Shown here in pieces: positions 9,700 to 29,947 of a stretch of DNA of 64,000 nucleotides. Position 1 is the first letter of the stretch; each line of letters starts with the position of its first letter. The stretch spans positions 224,001 through 288,000 of the forward strand of contig CAWCMR010000009.1 in NCBI GenBank assembly GCA_963796685.1, given 5' to 3'. Under the pieces are notes generated by a model, which searched no databases, was not told where the DNA came from, and worked only from the letters and a program-made list of their open reading frames with translations. The DNA is from an uncultured delta proteobacterium. Lineage in GTDB: Bacteria > Myxococcota_A > Polyangia > Fen-1088. A program made the position numbers and the translations under genes.

Positions 9700-10996
9700 T
9701 CATGGGGCCGCTTGGTTGGCGACCGCGTGAAGGAAGCAGGTTGCGCAGGCTGACGTGGAAGGTCCCGTACCCGTTCGTGCCGGCGTTCTGTTGCACGACC
9801 GAGACCGTCGCACCATTGAGGGTGTCGACGACCGCGACGTGACCGGTGGCCAGGCCTGCCCCGTCGCAACCTGGTGTGATGACTATCAAGTCGCCGTGAA
9901 CCGGCGTCGTGGTGATCACGACGGTGGAGGGCAGCGTCGCGTTGCACATATCCTTGGCATCGGCCCAATCCCACGGACAGACCCCGAACCTGAAATAGAA
10001 GTAGCGCTGCACCAGCTCCACACACTGATAGCCGTTGTTGCCGGTGATTCGGCCAACTCCGGTTTCAACCCAGCCGGGCCCTTCGGAGACCCCCGCCGTG
10101 TTTGCCCCCGTGCTCGACCAGACGTTGCTGTTTAGCGCCGCGTCGCACATGGCAAAGGCTGGAATGCCATCGATGATGGCCAAGGGCTCGCCGCCACAGA
10201 TTCCGTCGCTGACGTCGGAAGACGTGACATTGGGGGGCTCCGAGCACGTGGGCGCGCAGGCCAAACAGGAGGCGCTCCCACATGCAGCCACGGCTTGGTC
10301 GGAGCTTGCATAACAGAAGTTCTTCGCAGCGCAGTAGTAGGGGTACTCCGAGGAACAGCAGACCCCGCCGCAATAGACGACCCCCGTGCCGTTGCACGCC
10401 CCTCCTGCCGGCGCCGCCGGGCAGGTACCTGTCACCGGTGCCACGCATGCGAAGCAGCCCGCGCTGCCGCAAGCCGAAGCGGCCTGGAGCGCGGTCGGAT
10501 AGCAGAAATTCGTCGCCGGACAAAAGTATGGATCCGCCGACGGGCAACAAGTGCCCCCACAAAAGAGGTCGCCATCGCGGGCGCACGCTCCGCCGGTCGA
10601 CGGTGCGACGCAGCCACCACCGGCCGCGCCGCCGACGAGGCTGCCGCCGGTTCCCGGTACCCCGCCGGCGCCGGTCCCGGCGGCACCGCCGACAAGACTG
10701 CCGCCCGTGCCCGTTACTCCGCCGGATCCGGGCGCGCCGCCAGCTCTGCTCGCGCCGCCCGTGCCTGCCGTGCCCCCGGCGTCAGTCGTCGCGCCACCTG
10801 AACCCGCGGCGCCGCCCGTATCAACCGCGTCCGTGCCAGCAGCCCCGCCAGCGCTCGTTCCATTCGTTCCCCCTGCCCCGCCCGCTGGGGCGGCGTCAGG
10901 GGTCGACGTATTCGAGCCTCCACCGCCGCACCCCAGTGCGAAAGCGCAGATCAAGACAACACTGCATCCAACGGTCGAAAACGGTCGTGGTGGCAT
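9700..10996 (-). CDS. Lipoprotein with two Cys-rich repeats and a C-terminal CHAP amidase domain (probable frameshift near 9749)
   Basis: FALGC lipobox; YQCVELVQRY (catalytic Cys), GDLIV, GHVAVV (His), VVQQN. Removing one C gives a typical ending ..SCATCFLHAVANQAAP* at 9700 and removes the overlap with the convergent gene. Confidence 0.75.
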
Positions 10997-11152
10997 AGCC
11001 CGCTACCCAAAGCGAAAGGGACTGTCGCTCTTCAGCATCGCGTATCAAGCGCTCCCGCGTCAAGCGTGGAACGCCGCAAACGCTCACGCGCAGGATCGAG
11101 GAGGCTCAGGTGCCAAGGGCACCCTGACCTTCAAGACCGGGCACTTGGATCC

Positions 11153-11223
11153 GTGGCCGTGGCCGTGACCGTGGCCGACGGCAATGACAACCGTCCACGA
11201 CCTTCTGTGACTATCGCGGGATC
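11153..11223 (+). repeat. Partial copy of the dispersed hexamer-array repeat
   Basis: CGTGGC hexamers followed by CCACGACCTTCTGTGACTATCGCGGGAT, matching the end of the 35.7 kb copy. Confidence 0.6.
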
Positions 11224-11323
11224 ATGCACAGAACCCTCCGCTGGCCCCGGCGAGCGACCTTGATGTAAGGTGGCATTCTGGCACAAGGATGATTGCGTCT
11301 CACACGTCCCCTACACCGACTGC

Positions 11324-12244
11324 ATGATGCTCGCCACTCTCTTCGGCGCAGTACTCGTTGCCGCACTCCCGGTGCAGGTCGAGTCCGCGGCCTGTCCATC
11401 GGGGCAAGAGATCGAGCAGGCGCTGGCCTCGATGCTGCCATCGATTCCGCAAACGGTCCGGCCGGACTCGGCACACGTCTTCAGACAGGGCGACCGGCTG
11501 CAAATCGTGCTGGTTGGCCCCGACGCGGCCGTGATCGCCGAGCGCTGGATCGACGACACGGGCGTGTGCACCGAGCTGGCCGAGCTCATCGCGGTGGTCC
11601 TTGCAAGCTGGGAGAGCGATGTCCACCCCGAGTTCACGCGCCCCCAGGCGGAGGCCATTCCTACCGCTCGTACCGAGAAGCCGACCGTCCCACCACCGCC
11701 ACCGGCGCCCAAGGTCGCCGCATTCTTCGAGGTGGCTGCCGGCCTCGCCCTGTCGTGGTCCGACTCTCCCGCGCTGGCGGGCATCCTGGCCGGGGCCTGG
11801 TTTCCGCGCGGCTCCGGTCCCGGCTTGTGCTTGTCGGCAGCGGTCGAATCAGCACGCACGCTCGACCTGACCGCCAACGCCGAGCCAGGCCAAGCGGTCT
11901 GGCGGCGCTGGACAGGCAGCGCGGAATTCGACTGGCGGTTTCCGAGCAGCAATTGGGCGGTGGATCTCCACGGCGGGGTCGCGCTCGGCTGGCTGGCGGC
12001 CAGCGGCTCCGGATTCGCCCAGAACCACTCGGGGTATTCGGTCTCTCCTGGCGGCGCGGCCGGTGCGCGTCTGTCCCGACAGGTAACGCGACGCATTTTC
12101 ATCTGGATGGGGTTGGCGGCCAGCTATTGGCCCCGCAAGCAGCTCGTATATGGCCAGCCCAACATGCCACAGCAAGAAATCCCGCACTATCAGGGCCTTG
12201 CGAGCATCGGTCTGGCCTTCGGAGGATCTGCTTCGAGAAGGTAA
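11324..12244 (+). CDS. Exported protein with predicted C-terminal outer-membrane beta-barrel (ECF cassette 1, gene 1)
   Basis: Signal-like N-terminus, CP..C pair, C.ELAE.IA.VLA motif, Pro linker, alternating hydrophobic strands; paralogous layout to 35879..36931. Confidence 0.65.
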   Translation: MMLATLFGAVLVAALPVQVESAACPSGQEIEQALASMLPSIPQTVRPDSAHVFRQGDRLQIVLVGPDAAVIAERWIDDTGVCTELAELIAVVLASWESDVHPEFTRPQAEAIPTARTEKPTVPPPPPAPKVAAFFEVAAGLALSWSDSPALAGILAGAWFPRGSGPGLCLSAAVESARTLDLTANAEPGQAVWRRWTGSAEFDWRFPSSNWAVDLHGGVALGWLAASGSGFAQNHSGYSVSPGGAAGARLSRQVTRRIFIWMGLAASYWPRKQLVYGQPNMPQQEIPHYQGLASIGLAFGGSASRR

Positions 12245-12278
12245 GGTTGGCGTGGGTTCGCCGCACATAACAGGTGTC

Positions 12279-12893
12279 GTGCCTCGTGCCAGCCTTGCCA
12301 CCCCCGATGTGCCACCACCCGAAATGCCGGTGACCAAGGTGGGCTTAGCCCGGCCGTCGTTCGAATCGGTGTATCGCGCGCACGGAAGAACCGTCGCTCG
12401 CTGGGCCATCCGGCTGCTCGGGCCAAGCGCGGACTTCGAAGACGTGGTCCAGGATGTATTCCTGGTCGTTCGGCGCCGCTTGCCGGAATTTCGCGGGGAA
12501 GCCGAGATCACGACCTGGCTCTACGGAATCACCGTGCGAGTCGTCCAGCGCTGCCGCATGCGCGCGCGCTGGTGGTCATGGGCCACGGGGCGCGGACAGA
12601 GTCCCGGCCGCGGGCGCGCGCACCACTCGATGGTCGCCACCGCCGAATCACCGAGCGATCCCCATGCGCTTCTCGAAGCGCGCGAGCGGACGCACGTCTT
12701 CTACCAACTGCTGGACGAGCTCAGTGAGACGCTGCGCACGACCTTCATCCTGTTCGAGATCGAGGGACTCTCAGGTGTGCAGATCGCCGAGATCACCGGT
12801 ACCAACATCAACGCCGTGTGGGTTCGCCTGAGTCGCGCGCGGCGCAAGTTCATGGAGCGGATGCGCACGTGGGAAGAGAGGGAGAAGTCATGA
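12279..12893 (+). CDS. ECF RNA polymerase sigma factor (cassette 1)
   Basis: EDVVQDVFL, TWLYGI, FILFEIEGLSG..IAEI, VWVRLSRARR (sigma regions 2 and 4); start uncertain. Confidence 0.9.
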   Translation: MPRASLATPDVPPPEMPVTKVGLARPSFESVYRAHGRTVARWAIRLLGPSADFEDVVQDVFLVVRRRLPEFRGEAEITTWLYGITVRVVQRCRMRARWWSWATGRGQSPGRGRAHHSMVATAESPSDPHALLEARERTHVFYQLLDELSETLRTTFILFEIEGLSGVQIAEITGTNINAVWVRLSRARRKFMERMRTWEEREKS

Positions 12894-14053
12894 AGCCAGA
12901 CGCAGGGGACAGACTGTCGCGCCTCCGCGACCGCCCACCGGGCGGCACGGCTTGCGAGGATCGGGCCGCCGCATTCATTCGCGAATTGGATGCCTGCGCT
13001 GACCCCGACGAATCGCAGTTGGCGCGCATCGAGCGGGGTATCTGGGCGCGCGCTTCTCACCGCTCGCAACCCTCCCTCGTGCTGCGTGTGGCCCTGGCGA
13101 TCCTTTTCCTCTTTGCCGGTGCAGCGACGGTGAAGGCTTATGAGCTGGCCCGGCGTGCAGGTTGGTTCGACCGCATCTACGGTGCGGTGCCACCACCCCA
13201 AGAACCCGCCCGGCCCGTGCCGGCAAAGCACCCGGTTCGGACGGCGGCGGCTACCGACCCTCCCTCTCCCGTGATGGCCGCCCCGCCCCCGTCCATGATG
13301 ATCGAGCAAGACCCCCTCGCGAACCTGCCGGCGACCCTGGAGCCGCTGCATGCTTCGGAACCCGAGACCGTGCCAAGCCAGCCGCCTCGCAGGCAGGCAC
13401 GCGTTGCGCGCCACGTGGCCACGGCGGAGGTTCCAACCTTGGCCCCGGCCCCCGCGACCCCGAAACACGATCCATTCGAGCCGGCGCCCACCGTTCCCTC
13501 GGCCGGCCGCCCCGCACAGGGCTTGACCACCGACAATCCGCCACCCGCGCCCTCGCAAGAGATCCATGCCCTCGATCGCGCCATCGCGATGCTGCGCCGG
13601 AATCACGATGCAGCGGGGGCGCTTGCGGCGCTCGACACCTATCTCGACCGCTACCCGCACGGCGTTCTTCACCGCGAGGCACGCTTGGCGCGCGTGGACG
13701 CCCTCCTCCTCCTCCGGCGCACGGACGAAGCACTGACCGCGCTCGAGGCCCTGTCGCTCGACAGCGGTCGGCGCGCGACGGAGCTGCAGGTGGTTCGCGC
13801 CGAGCTGCGTGCCCGAACGGACTGCGCGCGGGCCGACGAGGACTTCAGCCTGGCGCTCTCCCACAGCCCGGACGCCGCGCTGCTGGAAAGAATTCTCTAT
13901 GGGCGTGGTGCGTGCCGGGCCAAGTCGGGAAAGACATCCGGCGCCGCCGAGGACTTGCAACGCTATCTCGATCGATTCCCGAATGGCGCGCACGCAGCCT
14001 GGGCGCGGCAGTGGTTGAACACAATCGGCAACTCGCCCGTCAAGGGCGGTTAG
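12890..14053 (+). CDS. Putative membrane anti-sigma factor with Pro-rich linker and C-terminal TPR
   Basis: ATGA overlap with the ECF gene; single TM; ALAALDTYLDRYPHG and YLDRFPNG TPR-like motifs. Confidence 0.75.
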   Translation: MKPDAGDRLSRLRDRPPGGTACEDRAAAFIRELDACADPDESQLARIERGIWARASHRSQPSLVLRVALAILFLFAGAATVKAYELARRAGWFDRIYGAVPPPQEPARPVPAKHPVRTAAATDPPSPVMAAPPPSMMIEQDPLANLPATLEPLHASEPETVPSQPPRRQARVARHVATAEVPTLAPAPATPKHDPFEPAPTVPSAGRPAQGLTTDNPPPAPSQEIHALDRAIAMLRRNHDAAGALAALDTYLDRYPHGVLHREARLARVDALLLLRRTDEALTALEALSLDSGRRATELQVVRAELRARTDCARADEDFSLALSHSPDAALLERILYGRGACRAKSGKTSGAAEDLQRYLDRFPNGAHAAWARQWLNTIGNSPVKGG

Positions 14054-14099
14054 GTTTGCTCCCGGTCGCCGCACCAAGGACCGAACCAAGGAGGCCAAC

Positions 14100-16712
<2,613 letters not shown>

Positions 16713-16760
16713 CGTCGCTCTACCCTCTTTGAGGCGCCCGGCGCCTCGCGACATCGCTGA

Positions 16761-16848
16761 GCTTGTCGCGGGATTACGGCTTACCGTGGCCGTAGGCGTC
16801 CTCGTCGTCGTGGCCGTGGACCGACCGCAATAACGGCTATCGCGGGAT
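16761..16848 (+). repeat. Rearranged partial copy of the dispersed hexamer-array repeat
   Basis: GCTTGTCGCGGGAT, ACGGCTTACCGTGGCCGT and GGCTATCGCGGGAT are shared with the 35.7 and 47.4 kb copies. Confidence 0.6.
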
Positions 16849-16897
16849 GATGGAGGGGAGGCCGCGCGCCCGACTCGCCGCCAGACGAGCCGCGGAA

Positions 16898-18322
16898 TCA
16901 GGCCGCGGGAGCGGCGTCGTGGGCCGCCTCGGCAGGGAGGGGGCGGCGGGCACCGCGGCTGGCGAGATGCTTCTGAAAATCCGCATAGGACTTGGTTTCG
17001 ACGCGACTGTTGTTGCGCGTGGAAAGGTTGGTGATGAGGTTGATGAGCGGCTTACGCCATTGCCAGAACGAGCTCCAGAATCGAAGCGCCACGCCGGACA
17101 TGGAATAGAAGGTCCGGTTGCAATCGTCCATTTCCTTCATCACGGCGTCGGACGAGAGACGCTGGTAGCGGGCCACGGGAAAGTTCAGGGTGTAAAAGCG
17201 CCAGTCCTCGGGAAAACGATCGAGCGTGATGCGATCTTCGCGCTTCATCTGGTCCCACAGGCGCGTGCCCGGAAGAGGCGTCAAGAACAGGGCGTTCATG
17301 CTGTCGACGCCGTAGTGTCTGGCGGCCTGGGCGACGCGCACGCCGATGCCTGCTTCGTCGACGTCCAACCCGATGATGAACGATCCCATGACCAGGATGT
17401 TGTGCCGCTGGATGCGACGGACCGAGGCGCGAAAGTCGCGACCCGCGCGCAGATTGAATTTCTTGCCGAGCTCGCGCAATCCGTCCGCGGTCGGGGACTC
17501 GAAGCCGATGAAGACACCGCGACACCCGGCCTTCCACGCCAGCGCCATCAGCTCATCGTCGTCGGAGAAATTGATGGTGGCCTGGGCAATCCACTGCTTG
17601 CGCAGCTTGGCCTTGGCCAGGGCGCGAAAAAGATCCTTGGCACGGGCGATGTGGTCCGGACGGGTGCCGATCAGGTTGTCGTCGACGACCAGAATGCGCT
17701 TTTCCGGAATGGTGGCGAACTCGCGGACCACGTCGCCGACGGGTCGCTGGCGGTATTGCGCACCGTTGAAGGTCGTGACGCTGCAAAAGCTGCAATTCAA
17801 GGGACACCCGCGCGTGGTCTGGATGGTGCCGAAGGCGTACCCCTCGGGCAGCAGGTCCTGGCGCGCCGGAACGAAATCCTCGACCGGCACGTGGCCGCCG
17901 TCGTAGTGGCGCTGCAGATTGCCCGACTGGACATCCTTGAGCACCTGCGGCCAGACAATCTCGGCTTCCTTGGTTACCACCGAGTCCACGTGTCCCAGCA
18001 CTTCGTCGAGACACATGGTCGCGTGAATGCCCCCCATCACGACGGGAACGCCAAGGCCGCGAAAAAAGCCGGCGATCTGATAGGCCCGTGGCGCCTGCGA
18101 GGTGAACGCGGTGATGCCCACCAGATCGGGTCGAGGCATGGCCGCATAGTCGGGGCGGCTCAGGTTTTCGTCCAGGATGGTCACCTCCCACTCGACCGGA
18201 GTCTGCCGCGCCAGCACCAGCAGGCTGAGGGGCTTCCAGATGCGGTAGCGATTCCACCGATTCTGCTTGGCGGTGACGCAGCTGACGAGCGGGTTGGTGG
18301 GGTTGATCAGATACAGGCGCAT
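16898..18322 (-). CDS. Cobalamin-binding (class B) radical SAM protein
   Basis: N-terminal B12-binding fold (PLSL..LA, DLVGIT, VVMGGIHAT); TRGCPLNCSFC; FIGFES; GSFIIGLD; LTPLPGT. Start at ATG 18322 with RBS. Confidence 0.92.
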   Translation of the reverse strand: MRLYLINPTNPLVSCVTAKQNRWNRYRIWKPLSLLVLARQTPVEWEVTILDENLSRPDYAAMPRPDLVGITAFTSQAPRAYQIAGFFRGLGVPVVMGGIHATMCLDEVLGHVDSVVTKEAEIVWPQVLKDVQSGNLQRHYDGGHVPVEDFVPARQDLLPEGYAFGTIQTTRGCPLNCSFCSVTTFNGAQYRQRPVGDVVREFATIPEKRILVVDDNLIGTRPDHIARAKDLFRALAKAKLRKQWIAQATINFSDDDELMALAWKAGCRGVFIGFESPTADGLRELGKKFNLRAGRDFRASVRRIQRHNILVMGSFIIGLDVDEAGIGVRVAQAARHYGVDSMNALFLTPLPGTRLWDQMKREDRITLDRFPEDWRFYTLNFPVARYQRLSSDAVMKEMDDCNRTFYSMSGVALRFWSSFWQWRKPLINLITNLSTRNNSRVETKSYADFQKHLASRGARRPLPAEAAHDAAPAA

Positions 18323-18706
18323 GTTGCACCTTTCTTCACGGGGAAGAAGGTGCTGTGCGAACTGCGGGCTTGCACGTTGATGGTCCACATGGCGGTTGGG
18401 TACGAAACCTCTTAGCGATTCGTACGCCCTTTTCCGTCACGGTAGTGTCATGGCGGGGTCATATTCCAGTCCCTATGCGTCGACGCCGCGCGAGACGCGG
18501 GGGCTCGTTGTTCTTCTCGCGGAACATTCCTGCGCGCCGCCGACCTCCCCTTTCGCAACCCGCCGGCTCGACGCTTCCCCTGTGAAAGAGTGGTGATCTA
18601 AAAAAGACTAATTTCGTCCTATTTTGGTTGACCGTCGCCCAGGGTCGCCCGTATCTTCACGATCGCTCTCGCGGCCCATGCACGGGAGGGAAGTGGGAGG
18701 CTGCCC

Positions 18707-22378
<3,672 letters not shown>

Positions 22379-22396
22379 TCGGGAAGGAGCTAGGTC

Positions 22397-26242
<3,846 letters not shown>

Positions 26243-26283
26243 CCCAAGGTTGAGTTTTCCCCAATACAGTGTCAGAAGGTGCC

Positions 26284-27300
26284 ATGGCAAATCATGGCGC
26301 CGCCTTCGATCCAGAGGAGTTCACGCGTGCGGCACGCGAGCTCGGCGCCCGGCTGCGCGAGTCGCGCCGCTTGCTGCTGATCGTCGCCCTCGTCATCGTG
26401 GGAGGCATCGGGATCTACGGCTCGTATTACCAAGTGGAGCCCGACGAGATTGGACTGGTCACGCGTTTTGGCCGTTTCGTACGCACCAGCAACCCCGGCC
26501 CGCACGGCAAGTTCCCCTTCGGCATCGAGCGCGTGCAGAAGGTGCCGGTGCAGCGCCAGCTCAAGCAGGAGTTCGGCTTCCGCACGGCGCGCGCGGACAT
26601 CCAAAGCTCGTTCCGCAAGGACGAGAAGACCAGCGCCGAGTCCGACATGCTGACCGGCGACCTCAACGTGGCCACGGTCGAGTGGATCGTGCAGTACAAG
26701 ATCTCGGACCCGTACAAGTACCTCTTCCGTGTGCGCGACACGGAGGAGACCTTCCGCCTCATGACCGAGGCCTCCATGCGCACCGTGGTGGGCGATCACA
26801 GCGTCACCGAGCTGCTCACCGTGGGCCGCGAAGCGATTGCGGCCAAGGCCAAGGAATTGCTCTCGAACCTGTGCAAGATCTACGACAACGGCATCGCCGT
26901 CCAGCAGCTCATTTTGCAGAGCGTGGATCCGCCTGAACCGGTGCGGCCGTCGTTCAACGAGGTCAACCAAGCCATCCAGGAACGCGAGCGTTCCATCAAC
27001 GAGGCCTGGGCCGAATACAACCAGGAGATCCCGCGCGCGCGCGGACTCGCCGAGCAGAAGATCCAGGCCGCCGAGGGCTACGCGGTCGACCGCGTGAACC
27101 GCGCCAAGGGCGACGCCCAGCGCTTCGTCGCACTCGAGGACCAGTACCGCAAGGCCCCCGAAGTGACCCGCTCGCGTATCTATCTCGAAACCATGGCGGC
27201 GGTGTTGCCCGCGGCCGGCAAGAAGCTGATTTTCGATGAGAAGGCCAAGGGCATCCTGCCCATGTTTCCTCTCGGTCCGGTCCAGGAGGTGAAGCCATGA
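26284..27300 (+). CDS. hflK: FtsH protease modulator HflK
   Basis: TM plus SPFH; MLTGDLN, VQYKISDP, VDPPEPV..SFNEV; followed by hflC. Confidence 0.9.
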   Translation: MANHGAAFDPEEFTRAARELGARLRESRRLLLIVALVIVGGIGIYGSYYQVEPDEIGLVTRFGRFVRTSNPGPHGKFPFGIERVQKVPVQRQLKQEFGFRTARADIQSSFRKDEKTSAESDMLTGDLNVATVEWIVQYKISDPYKYLFRVRDTEETFRLMTEASMRTVVGDHSVTELLTVGREAIAAKAKELLSNLCKIYDNGIAVQQLILQSVDPPEPVRPSFNEVNQAIQERERSINEAWAEYNQEIPRARGLAEQKIQAAEGYAVDRVNRAKGDAQRFVALEDQYRKAPEVTRSRIYLETMAAVLPAAGKKLIFDEKAKGILPMFPLGPVQEVKP

Positions 27301-28253
27301 AGACCCGGTCGGCCATCCTGGGCGGCGCGTTCGTCGTGCTCGGGCTCGTCACGCTGTCGTCGGCTCTCTACACGGTCTCCGAAACCGAGCAGGTGGTCAT
27401 CACCCAATTCGGCGAGCCCATGGGCGCGGCGGTCACGCAAGCCGGCTTGCACCTGAAAGTACCCTTCGCCCAGGAAGCCAATTTCTTCGACAAGCGCTGG
27501 CTGGAATGGAACGGCAACACCAACCAGGTTCCCACCCGCGACAAGAAGTACATCGGCGTCGAGACCTACGCGCGCTGGCGCATCGACAACCCCTTGCTGT
27601 TCTTTCAGCGCCTGAAAGACGAGCGCGGCGCCCAGTCGCGCCTGGACGACATCATCGACGGCGAGACCCGCAACGTCATCGCCAGCCACGACCTCATCGA
27701 GGTCGTGCGCACCACCAACCGTGAGTTCGAAAAGGGCGAAGAGGTCGAGGACATCATGGAAGCCGAGTCCATGCGCCAGATCAAGCTCGGCCGCGACAAG
27801 CTGACCCGGCTCATCCTGGCGCAAGTTTCCCACATCGTGCCGGACTACGGCATCGAGCTGGTCGACGTCCAGATCCAGCGGGTCAACTACATCGCGAGCG
27901 TGCAGGCCAAGGTCTTCGACCGCATGATCTCCGAGCGCAAGCGCATCGCCGACCGCTACCGCTCGGAGGGGCAAGGCAAGAGCGCCGAGATCCGCGGCAA
28001 GAAGGAGCGCGAGCTGAAGGTGATCGAATCCGAGGCCTACCGCAAGACCCAGGAGAGCATGGGCAAGGCCGATGCGGAGGCCGCGGCCATCTACGCCGAG
28101 GCGTACAATCGCAATCGCGAGCTCTACCGTTTCCTCAAGACCATGGAGACGTACCACAGCGCCATCGACAAGGACAGTTGGCTCGTCTTGTCGACCACCA
28201 CCGATGTCTTCCGCTACCTGCAATCGCAGAACGCCACGGGCGGAGGGAAATAG
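27297..28253 (+). CDS. hflC: FtsH protease modulator HflC
   Basis: TM plus SPFH; PTRDKKYI, RMISER.RIA..YRSEG; ATGA overlap with hflK. Confidence 0.92.
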   Translation: MKTRSAILGGAFVVLGLVTLSSALYTVSETEQVVITQFGEPMGAAVTQAGLHLKVPFAQEANFFDKRWLEWNGNTNQVPTRDKKYIGVETYARWRIDNPLLFFQRLKDERGAQSRLDDIIDGETRNVIASHDLIEVVRTTNREFEKGEEVEDIMEAESMRQIKLGRDKLTRLILAQVSHIVPDYGIELVDVQIQRVNYIASVQAKVFDRMISERKRIADRYRSEGQGKSAEIRGKKERELKVIESEAYRKTQESMGKADAEAAAIYAEAYNRNRELYRFLKTMETYHSAIDKDSWLVLSTTTDVFRYLQSQNATGGGK

Positions 28254-28294
28254 GGCGGACCAACCCGCCAGCACGCAACCATCGCGTAACGACG

Positions 28295-28858
28295 ATGCCG
28301 AGGCCCGAACCCGATCCCTACGCCATCCTGGGCGTCACCCGCAACGCCACCGAAGGCGAGATTCGCGCCGCCTACCACGCGCTGGTGGCCAAGTACCATC
28401 CCGACAAGCACCAGGGCAATCCGCTCGAAGGCTTGGCCGCCGAGAAGATGGCGGAGGTGAATCGCGCCTACGAGATCCTTTCCGATCCGGCGCGCCGGTC
28501 GGCCTACGACAGCGGCCAGGGCACCTGGCCGCGCGCGGCAACAAGCGGCTTCCCCGGTGGCGGCGGTCCTGGCTCCGTGGCCCGCAAACCCATGCGTTGG
28601 GTGCAGATCCTCGCGCTGCTCATGCTGCTGCCCCTCGCTTTGCGCTTCGGTGTCTTCATCGTACGCTTGCTCGTCCGCCTGGTGCGCGGCGCGGTCGAAG
28701 TATCGGCCGTGGCGCGCGGAACGCCCCTCGGCGCGGTGATCGTGCTGGCGACGATGGCGGTGCTCGCATTCGTCCTGATTCGCCGTAGGCGGACCAAGCG
28801 CCGCAAGGTAGGTGCCGGTGCCGGTGCCGGTGCCGGTGCCGGCCCCGGCAAGCCCTGA
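28295..28858 (+). CDS. DnaJ (J-domain) membrane protein
   Basis: DPYAILGV..YHPDK..VNRAYEILSDP; C-terminal TMs; (GGTGCC)n tail. Confidence 0.88.
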   Translation: MPRPEPDPYAILGVTRNATEGEIRAAYHALVAKYHPDKHQGNPLEGLAAEKMAEVNRAYEILSDPARRSAYDSGQGTWPRAATSGFPGGGGPGSVARKPMRWVQILALLMLLPLALRFGVFIVRLLVRLVRGAVEVSAVARGTPLGAVIVLATMAVLAFVLIRRRRTKRRKVGAGAGAGAGAGPGKP

Positions 28859-28945
28859 TCGGCGCGGGAAAGTGCCCTGCGCCGCGCCGGTTTGGAGTAA
28901 AATCGGACGCTCTATGTTTGCGATCACGAACGCGGGAGGCGTGCG

Positions 28946-29935
28946 ATGAGTTTTCTTGCCAGGCAGCTACGCTCCGTCATCCAGTGGGAGAATCCCGATC
29001 CAAGCATTCTGTTCCAGCGCTGGACCGATAGCGGCGACGAGATCAAGAACGCCTCCAAGCTCATCGTCGGCCCCGGCCAAGGTTGCCTGTTCGTGTACGA
29101 GGGTCGCGTCGAGGCGGTCTACACCGAGGAAGGACTGTTCGAGCTGCGCACCGCCAACAAGCCCTTCTTCACCACCCTGACGAGGTTCATGCAGGGGTTC
29201 AAGAGCGAGCACAAGGTCGGCCTCTACTTCTTCCGCACGGCCAAGCTCCTGAACCTGAAATGGGGCACCGAATCCGCCATCAAATACCAGGATCCCGAGT
29301 ACAAGTTCCCGGTCGGCCTGCGCGCGTTCGGCAACTACTCCATGCGCATCGTCGAGCCGCGCTCCTTCTTCCAGCAAATCGTCGGCGGCGCCCAGGTCTT
29401 TCTCGTGGAAAATATCCGCGAGCCGCTCAATGCGCGCCTGGTGCAACCGCTGACGGATTTCTTCGCCGAGGCCGGCTACACGTACACGCAGATCGATCCC
29501 AACCGCGAGGAGATCGCGACGGCCCTGTCAGCCAAGCTCAGGCACGAGCTCACCCAGCTGGGATTCCTGCTCGAGGACTTCCGCATCCAGGGCACGAGCT
29601 TCGACGACGATACCATGCGCAGGATCAACCGCATCGCCGACGTCAGCGCCGAGGCCCGGGCCGCGAGCGCCGCGGGAGTCAGCTACGCGCAACTCCAACA
29701 GCTCGAAGCGCTACGGGAAGCGGCCAAGAACCAAGGCTCGGGTGGCGCCGGGATGGCCATGGCCGTGGGCATGGGCATGGCGGGGGCAATCCTGCCCCCG
29801 GCGGCGGGTCAAGCGGGTCCGCCGCCCGATGATGTCACGGCCAAGCTCGTGAAGCTCAAGTCCCTGCTCGACCAGCAGCTCATCACCCAGGCCGAACACG
29901 ACGCCAAGAAGAGGGAGATTCTTTCCGCGCTCTGA
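28946..29935 (+). CDS. SPFH/Band7 YdjI-like protein with C-terminal SHOCT
   Basis: VIQW, SKLIV..GQ, KWGT, LRAFG.YS; C-terminal KLKSLLDQQLITQAEHDAKKREIL. Confidence 0.85.
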   Translation: MSFLARQLRSVIQWENPDPSILFQRWTDSGDEIKNASKLIVGPGQGCLFVYEGRVEAVYTEEGLFELRTANKPFFTTLTRFMQGFKSEHKVGLYFFRTAKLLNLKWGTESAIKYQDPEYKFPVGLRAFGNYSMRIVEPRSFFQQIVGGAQVFLVENIREPLNARLVQPLTDFFAEAGYTYTQIDPNREEIATALSAKLRHELTQLGFLLEDFRIQGTSFDDDTMRRINRIADVSAEARAASAAGVSYAQLQQLEALREAAKNQGSGGAGMAMAVGMGMAGAILPPAAGQAGPPPDDVTAKLVKLKSLLDQQLITQAEHDAKKREILSAL

Positions 29936-29947
29936 CCGCAGTCCTGG

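Noticed and set aside
28811-28842. (GGTGCC)n microsatellite as a phase-variation switch
   Set aside because: The unit is a multiple of 3 and lies at the extreme C-terminus, so it only changes a GA tail.
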